Shown piece by piece: positions 58,145 to 64,000 of a stretch of DNA of 64,000 nucleotides. Numbering within the stretch: the first letter of the stretch is position 1; the number at the start of each line of letters is the position of its first letter. The position numbers and the translations under genes are program-made. Under the pieces are notes generated by a model. That model was not told where the DNA came from, did no database searches, and saw only the letters and a list, made by a program, of their open reading frames with translations. Source of the stretch: Nitrososphaeria archaeon (GTDB lineage Archaea; Thermoproteota; Nitrososphaeria; Nitrososphaerales; JACAEJ01); assembly GCA_029775925.1 (NCBI GenBank), contig JARVKB010000033.1, forward strand, positions 10,987 to 74,986. The letters are read 5' to 3'.

Positions 58145-58935
58145 AGCCAAACTAAATCCCCCAATTTCTTGCCCCCTATAAATTACTTTTTTAAAATGTA
58201 CTATTTAAGACTTTTGTGTACATATATATACATTAAATCTTCGCATGCTTATGATTTGTTAGCTAGATAAAATATTAATGTTACCATCTATTCCCCTTTT
58301 TATTCCACTATAAGTTTTAAGTTTTCCATATTCTTTATGGATTTAGTTCTGGATAGATCCTTCATTAGCAATAGCGATCGATCATGCTATCTCATAAACG
58401 ATTTAACTCCAAATGATAGATGAGACATTGGGGCATCAACTGAAAGAGTATTAACATTCTTCAAATCGTGAACGAATATAGACATTAAAATGTTAAAGGT
58501 ATTTTTTCTTATGCCTTTTTCTTGTAGTCTAATTTTGTCTCAAGAGCATAAACGCGTTTAGATTATTAGAAGTTGTAAACCATAAAGCAGTCTTAAGGTA
58601 GCGGAATGCTTTATAATGAGACGCATCCAACATTCATAGTGTTCAGTGGTTGTCTCATAATGATAAATGTTTAAGAAAGAATTTTAAGTTTAGCAAGTTT
58701 ACATATACTACTTATGCCCTATGGCCCTTCTATGTTTTTGTAAATTCTAGAATTTACCTATATTTACATGTTTAAAGTTTACTTGTGGTAGTGTAAACAG
58801 TCATCAATCTCCTCGGATTAATTTCTTTTAGCGAAAATATGTAAGAGTAAAAGTATAACATAAGCTTATTGTCAGAAAACTATATAACATTTTATATTGA
58901 ACCTTATTCTCTATTCTCTTTAAAGGCATAATGGT

Positions 58936-60132
58936 ATGAAAGGCATATTATATTTATGTGAAATTGGAGCAATAGTCTTAGATGAGAATTTTAACGTTAT
59001 ATCCACTTGGAAGTATCCTAATAATTCTCAAGTTGAGAATTATGAAAGATTAAAAATAGGTAGATTGCCTTTAGAGTTAAAGGAAATCCTATCAAGTTCT
59101 ATAGGCAATTTAGAGGCATTGATTGTAATTGAAGATGAATTAAGGAAAGAACTAAGCAAAGAAGGTTTCAAAGTTGAAGGTGCTTCTGATGAGCTAATAG
59201 ATGAGCTTAGATTAAGAAAGATAGAACTTATTGTAAAAGCAGGCTTAGCAAACTCTGAAGAAGATGCTAAAGATAGAATTAGAGATTTTGCTATAAGTTT
59301 ATCTGAAATAAAGTTAAGAGAAGTTTCAGCTAGGCCAGACCTCCATATAATAGAGGCTATACAAGCCCTTGATGAAGTTGATAAAACCATAAACATTTTT
59401 GCTGCAAGGGTAAAAGAGTGGTACGGATTACATTTTCCTGAGCTTAGTTCTCTCATCGATGACTCTTTATCATTTTCTAAATTTGTTATTAAATTTGGAG
59501 AAAGAAAGAATGTAATAGAGGGAGAGCTTGTAAAGTCTGGTTTCTCTGTAAAGAAGGCTGAGGCTATATGTATCTCTGCTGAAAAATCTAAAGGAGGAGA
59601 AATTCGAGAAGAAGATTTATCAGGAATTTTGACTTTAGCTGAGGAAGTGATCAGATTAAATTCCCTTAGAGATAAGCTCCTAAATTATATTGAGAGAAAC
59701 ATGAGAATAATAGCCCCCAATATAACATCCATAGTAGGAGCGACTATAGGGGCTAGATTGATAGCTAAAGCAGGAGGGTTAGAAAAGATGGCTATGCTGC
59801 CTGCTAGCACCATACAAGTCCTTGGAGCAGAAAAAGCTCTCTTTAGAGCCTTGCGTACTGGTACTAAGCCTCCAAAACATGGTATTATCTTTCAACATCC
59901 TGCAGTTCATTCAGCCCCAAAATGGCAGAGAGGTAAAATAGCAAGATCGATAGCAACAAAGATAGCTATAGCATCGAGAATAGATGCCTTCAGAGGAAGT
60001 GAAGAGAAAGAAGTTGAGCAGAAGCTTCAAAGGAGGTTAGAAGAAATTAAAGTAAAGTATAATGAGCCGCCTAAAGAGGAAAAAAGAATTAAGAAAGAAA
60101 AAAAAGTGAAGAAAATTGGAAAAAAGAAGTAA
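58936..60132 (+). CDS. nop5: C/D box sRNP core protein Nop5 (Nop56/58)
   Basis: NOSIC/Nop domain motifs (EWYGLHFPEL, IAPNITSIVGATIGARLIAKAGGL, ALFRAL) and a KKE-rich tail. Confidence 0.95.
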   Translation: MKGILYLCEIGAIVLDENFNVISTWKYPNNSQVENYERLKIGRLPLELKEILSSSIGNLEALIVIEDELRKELSKEGFKVEGASDELIDELRLRKIELIVKAGLANSEEDAKDRIRDFAISLSEIKLREVSARPDLHIIEAIQALDEVDKTINIFAARVKEWYGLHFPELSSLIDDSLSFSKFVIKFGERKNVIEGELVKSGFSVKKAEAICISAEKSKGGEIREEDLSGILTLAEEVIRLNSLRDKLLNYIERNMRIIAPNITSIVGATIGARLIAKAGGLEKMAMLPASTIQVLGAEKALFRALRTGTKPPKHGIIFQHPAVHSAPKWQRGKIARSIATKIAIASRIDAFRGSEEKEVEQKLQRRLEEIKVKYNEPPKEEKRIKKEKKVKKIGKKK

Positions 60133-60796
60133 CCTACAAGGTGTCCATTTTATAAAAGTAGATGGTGAAGAGAGAATAGCTACTATCAACCTTGTTCCAG
60201 GAGTTCAAGTTTATGGTGAGAGATTAATCCCTGATGAGGGCATTGAGTATAGGCTTTGGGATCCTTTCAGGAGTAAGCTTTCTGCAGCCATAATAAAAGG
60301 ACTTAAAGTTCTACCATTTGGAGAGGGAAGTAAAATTCTTTATTTAGGGGCATCCACAGGAACTACTGCAAGCCACATTTCAGACATAATAGGAGAGAAA
60401 GGAATAATATTCTGTGTTGAGATTTCTCCTAGAGTGGCAAGAGAATTAATGGAGAGATGTATAAAATATCGGAATAATATGATACCTATTATCGAGGATG
60501 CAAGAAAGCATGAGAATTATTATTCAATATTCGGAAAAGTCGATTTGGTATATTGTGATATAGCACAACCAGATCAAACTGAGATAGCTATTGCCAATTG
60601 TAAGCATTTTTTGAAGAAAAACGGTCATCTTCTCTTAGCTGTTAAATCAAGGAGCATAGATGTAACAAAGAAGCCTTCTAAAGTCTTTAAAGAGGAGGAA
60701 GAGAAGCTTGAAAAATCTGGTTTTAAGATAGAGCAGGTTATTGAGCTAGAACCTTTTGATAAAGATCATGTTTTAATCCATGCTGTTATGAAATAA
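60116..60796 (+). CDS. flpA: Fibrillarin (rRNA/tRNA 2'-O-methyltransferase)
   Basis: YRLWDPFRSKL, YLGASTGTTASH and DIAQPDQ motifs. TTG start overlapping nop5 by 17 nt. Confidence 0.95.
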   Translation: MEKRSNLQGVHFIKVDGEERIATINLVPGVQVYGERLIPDEGIEYRLWDPFRSKLSAAIIKGLKVLPFGEGSKILYLGASTGTTASHISDIIGEKGIIFCVEISPRVARELMERCIKYRNNMIPIIEDARKHENYYSIFGKVDLVYCDIAQPDQTEIAIANCKHFLKKNGHLLLAVKSRSIDVTKKPSKVFKEEEEKLEKSGFKIEQVIELEPFDKDHVLIHAVMK

Positions 60797-60892
60797 TTTT
60801 AATTATATAGATAACTTTACTTGCGGAATAAAAGTGTAAAGGGTATAGTAATCCTTTTAATCTTATTTGATAAGATTTCTGTTAGATTCACA

Positions 60893-62611
60893 TTGGAATC
60901 AAGAAAAGAAAGCAAGGCAGACAAGTTATTTGAGTTAGCTAGGAGAAGAGGTTTCTTCTGGCAAGCCTTAGAGATCTATGGTGGAGTAAGTGGTTTCGTA
61001 TCATTTGGAGAACTCGGTGTGAAGCTTAAGGATAAGATAATAAGATTGTGGAGAGATTATTTTATTTATAAGCACGGCTTTACAGAAGTTGATACGCCTT
61101 TAATATCCCCATACATTGTGTTTGAGGCATCAGGTCATGTGAATAACTTTAAAGATCCTATAATAGAATGTTTGAAATGTCATAAAAAGTTCAGAGCAGA
61201 CCATTTATTAATGGAATTTAATCGCAAAATCTCAGAAGGAATCAGCATAGAAAACATAGAAAAAGAGGTTAACAAAGGAGATGTAAGTTGTCCAGAGTGC
61301 GGGAATAAGAAGTGGAATGTTGGATACTTTTTGACTATGTTTAGAACAACCATAGGTCCATATAGCGAAAATGAAGGTTTCATGCGCCCTGAAACTGCTC
61401 AAGGAATGTTTACAGAGTTTAAACGTATTTATGAGGTGTCAAGAGGCAAAATACCTCTCGGTATTGCACAAATAGGGAAAGCCTTTAGAAATGAAATCTC
61501 TCCAAGGCAAGGTGTAATAAGGCTAAGAGAGTTTTCGATGATGGAGATCGAACTCTTTTTTGATCCTTTGAACCCTAGATGCCCCTTTCTAAGCCAAGTA
61601 GAAGATGAAGAGTTAAGAATAATACCGGAGGATTTAGTTGAGAAAGGTGTTGAATCTCCTCTAAAAATTACTGTTAAAGAAGCTTTAATTAAAGGAATCA
61701 TAAAGCAAGAATGGCTTGCATACTTTATGGCATTATCAAAGAAATTTTTAACGAAGCTAGGATTATCTGAAGATAAGCAAAGGTTTCATGCAAAAATTCC
61801 GAGCGAAAGAGCCCATTATTCAGCTCAGACTTATGATCATGAGGTGTTATTGGATAAATTTGGATGGGTCGAGGTAGCAGGGCATGCCTATAGAACCGAC
61901 TATGATTTATCATCCCATATGAAGAGGAGTTCAATTGATATGTCAGTTTCGGTACCTTTGGAAAAACCGATTAAAGTTAAGCATTTAAAGATGAATATTA
62001 ACATGAAAAAGATCAAAGAAACTTTTCCAGACAAATTTAATGATTTAATTAAGGTATTGAATAAAAAGAATCCAGAGGACGTAAAGAAAGAAATTGATGC
62101 CAGTGGAGTAATAATGATCGAGGATTTAAAACTACCAAAAGAAGTAATTGAATTTGTCGATGTTGATGAAGAAATAAAAGTTAGACGTTTTATTCCTCAT
62201 GTAGTAGAACCTAGTTTTGGAATTGAAAGATTAGTTTACGCAACTCTCGATCATGCATACTTTGAAAAAGGAGATAGGACGATACTTAAAATCCCTCCGT
62301 ATCTTGCACCGATTCAAGCAGCGGTCTTTCCCTTGGTATCGAGAGAGAAATTACAGGAGAAATCTATAACAGTATGGGAAGATTTGAAGAAAAAAGGAAT
62401 AGATGCAATATACGATGATTCTGGTTCTATAGGAAGAAGGTATGCCAGAGCTGACGAGATAGGAGTACCTTTTGCGATAACGATAGATTACCAAACTTTA
62501 GAAGATGATACTGTAACTGTAAGAAATAGAGACACATGGGAGCAGAAGAGGATAATTATAAAAGATCTTCCTGATTATTTACTAAGTTTGTTATGCTTTT
62601 CTGATCCATAA
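60893..62611 (+). CDS. glyS: Glycine--tRNA ligase (archaeal/eukaryotic alpha2 type)
   Basis: ELARRRGFFWQALEIYGGVSGF, RPETAQG, FRNEISPR, VVEPSFGIERL and an anticodon-binding domain. The TTG at 60893 gives the usual N-terminus; the tracked TTG at 60821 would add an implausible hydrophobic leader. Confidence 0.93.
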   Translation: MESRKESKADKLFELARRRGFFWQALEIYGGVSGFVSFGELGVKLKDKIIRLWRDYFIYKHGFTEVDTPLISPYIVFEASGHVNNFKDPIIECLKCHKKFRADHLLMEFNRKISEGISIENIEKEVNKGDVSCPECGNKKWNVGYFLTMFRTTIGPYSENEGFMRPETAQGMFTEFKRIYEVSRGKIPLGIAQIGKAFRNEISPRQGVIRLREFSMMEIELFFDPLNPRCPFLSQVEDEELRIIPEDLVEKGVESPLKITVKEALIKGIIKQEWLAYFMALSKKFLTKLGLSEDKQRFHAKIPSERAHYSAQTYDHEVLLDKFGWVEVAGHAYRTDYDLSSHMKRSSIDMSVSVPLEKPIKVKHLKMNINMKKIKETFPDKFNDLIKVLNKKNPEDVKKEIDASGVIMIEDLKLPKEVIEFVDVDEEIKVRRFIPHVVEPSFGIERLVYATLDHAYFEKGDRTILKIPPYLAPIQAAVFPLVSREKLQEKSITVWEDLKKKGIDAIYDDSGSIGRRYARADEIGVPFAITIDYQTLEDDTVTVRNRDTWEQKRIIIKDLPDYLLSLLCFSDP

Positions 62612-62618
62612 TCCGATA

Positions 62619-63434
62619 TTAAATTATTATAATGAATAAGGCTAATGCTATAAGTGCGCCTATGATGGTAGAAAGAAAGTTTACTACATTGTTATCTACA
62701 AAACCTATTCCTTTTAGTTTTTTTGTAAGTTTTCCACAATGCTTTAAATTCTCAGTTATTTTTCCGCATTTTTCACATAAGCCTATCCTTTGAATCGTAG
62801 CTCCAAGAATACTGTCCATAATGGATCCTGTTATTCCTCCTAAGGTTACTATGGCTAAAATCTTAATGGGCGAAGCTTCTGTAATAATATTAAAAATCAT
62901 TGCCGTTATTCCTATGATAAAAGATGCAAATAGAGCGGCCAAGGTCCCAACGAGAGTAACTCCACCGGATGTCCCTGCCGTAACTATCTTCTTTAAATTG
63001 ATTATAAGTCGAGGTTCTCTTTTACTTAACAAACCTATTTCTGTGGCAAGGGTATCTGCTGTAGCTGAGGCTACAGCACCAAGAAATGCTACTGCATAAA
63101 TTCCTCCCCCAAAACGGAGTTCCATTATAGAAAAAATGGCAGCAGCACCTCCATTTGCTAATACGTTGGGCCAACTTCTAACACCTCCCTTTTCTTGAGC
63201 GAAACCGAGCATTTCTTTGTAGCTGTACTTAAATTTAGTAAATTGAGTAGTTATAACAAAAAATATGAGCATTATAAGAAACCAGTACCAACCTCCGCCA
63301 ATAAGGATCACATATCCTATAAAAATAGAAGCAACAAAGCCCCAAAAATCTATAGTCTTAGCTTTTAAAGCGATAAGCCCGAAAGCAGCAACAACAACAA
63401 AGTAAACGATTGCTTCCATAATAGATGGTAGCAT
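62619..63434 (-). CDS. DUF92/TMEM19-family integral membrane protein
   Basis: Multi-pass membrane protein with SWPNVLANGG, ATADTLATEIG and DSILGAT motifs, plus a CEKCGK..HCGK loop. Confidence 0.65.
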   Translation of the reverse strand: MLPSIMEAIVYFVVVAAFGLIALKAKTIDFWGFVASIFIGYVILIGGGWYWFLIMLIFFVITTQFTKFKYSYKEMLGFAQEKGGVRSWPNVLANGGAAAIFSIMELRFGGGIYAVAFLGAVASATADTLATEIGLLSKREPRLIINLKKIVTAGTSGGVTLVGTLAALFASFIIGITAMIFNIITEASPIKILAIVTLGGITGSIMDSILGATIQRIGLCEKCGKITENLKHCGKLTKKLKGIGFVDNNVVNFLSTIIGALIALALFIIII

Positions 63435-63489
63435 AATCTACCGTTTTTTAAAAAAAGAAAAATCGATAAAAACTTTTTGTCAAATTGAA

Positions 63490-64000
63490 TTATAGTTTGC
63501 TCAATATTTCTATAAACGAATTCTCATCGGGTAATGGTGATAAAACTAAGATTATCCTTTCTTTCTCAGCTAAGTCTATGGCTAAAGGATCTACAACTTT
63601 TGGTCCTTGAAGAATTACCATTCTGGGCTTTAATTGTGATACTCTTATTGCAACAAGGGGCGATCTGCCTAGCCCCACTTTTGTAAAGATCAAAGCCCTC
63701 TCTGTAGTAGCACCAAAGATTCTGTAAAATTCAAAGCCTGATAAATCGTATATTGCTTTTATGCTATCTAGTATCGTATAGCCATAAATATCTATGTTAA
63801 TACGGTTTTTGCCTTCCAAAATCTGCCCCTTTACTAATTCTACTATCAACCTTGCAGGGACAGGCTCTTTGAACTCTTTTATAGCGATTATTGCAGATTT
63901 ATCCTTAGGTTTAATGATTCCATCAAGAATACGTTCATGATCTTTATCTAATTTTATTAACGCTTCAATGTATTTTTTTATAAAACCTACTCCAGGTGAT
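63490..64000 (-). CDS. Hypothetical protein, possibly DRTGG-domain-like; 5' end outside the window
   Basis: The frame stays open from the tracked TTG (63849) up to the window edge (..SPGVGFIKKYIEALIKLDKDHERILDG..). The family call is weak and rests on C-terminal pattern resemblance only. Confidence 0.3.
   Translation of the reverse strand, partial: SPGVGFIKKYIEALIKLDKDHERILDGIIKPKDKSAIIAIKEFKEPVPARLIVELVKGQILEGKNRINIDIYGYTILDSIKAIYDLSGFEFYRIFGATTERALIFTKVGLGRSPLVAIRVSQLKPRMVILQGPKVVDPLAIDLAEKERIILVLSPLPDENSFIEILSKL

Noticed and set aside
58636-58655. GTGTTCAGTGGTTGTCTC in the trpE-nop5 gap, considered as an origin recognition box (ORB-like TTCCAGTGGAAAC), with the gap as a replication origin.
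   Set aside because: There is only one imperfect copy, with no inverted partner and no adjacent orc1/cdc6 gene. The flanking 7-bp inverted repeat (ATGAGAC/GTCTCAT) is short enough to arise by chance.
1-64000. Search for CRISPR arrays, rRNA, RNase P RNA, SRP RNA, transposases, integrases and prophage genes.
   Set aside because: I saw no regularly spaced repeats. Apart from the two tRNAs and the small hairpin at 51230-51265, no GC-rich structured segments stand out from the AT-rich intergenic background. No conserved ncRNA core motifs (for example GGAAAGTCC) were noticed. The scan was by eye only, so small RNAs could be missed.

Overview
This is an AT-rich, tightly packed archaeal chromosomal segment. 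Archaeal origin is supported by the uL3-uL4-uL23-uL2-uS19 cluster, Nop5-fibrillarin, a family B DNA polymerase, EndoQ, Nob1, the Ahb heme pathway and archaeal-type CysRS, ProRS and GlyRS. I can support about 64 protein genes, 2 tRNAs and 1 clear pseudogene. I recognise no rRNA, CRISPR array, transposase or prophage; this is core genome, not an accessory island. The main blocks, in order: an ecfT-ARH hydrolase-PfkB module (1-2.5 kb); tRNA-Thr, tRNA-Cys and cysS; an ABC-2 exporter; the ribosomal protein cluster (9.4-12.7 kb); an Lhr helicase; hom and aspartate kinase; polB; acdA, endoQ and proS; ahbC-ahbD and ahbAB (29-32 kb); an E1-like ThiF, an unknown protein, sufS and sufU (32.4-36.3 kb); nfo, moaE and nob1; an HTH-PRTase regulator followed by purS-Q-L-F-F2-D-E-M (39-48.8 kb); trpEGDCFBA on the minus strand (51.7-58.1 kb); then nop5-flpA and glyS. 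The observations most worth a second look are: (1) a tandem PurF paralogue that has lost every glutaminase catalytic signature; (2) an uncharacterised Rossmann/Cys-cluster protein between an extended E1-like enzyme and SufS-SufU; (3) a PurR-like HTH-PRTase gene followed by a perfect 24-bp palindrome in front of the pur operon; (4) a tRNA-Thr with a 12-nt intron in the D-arm; (5) three genes (pfkB, ybjQ, trpE) whose conserved N-termini lie upstream of, or out of frame with, any canonical start codon; (6) a 780-bp ORF-free gap upstream of trpE. All functional calls come from reading motifs by eye, with no database search, so family names are best guesses.
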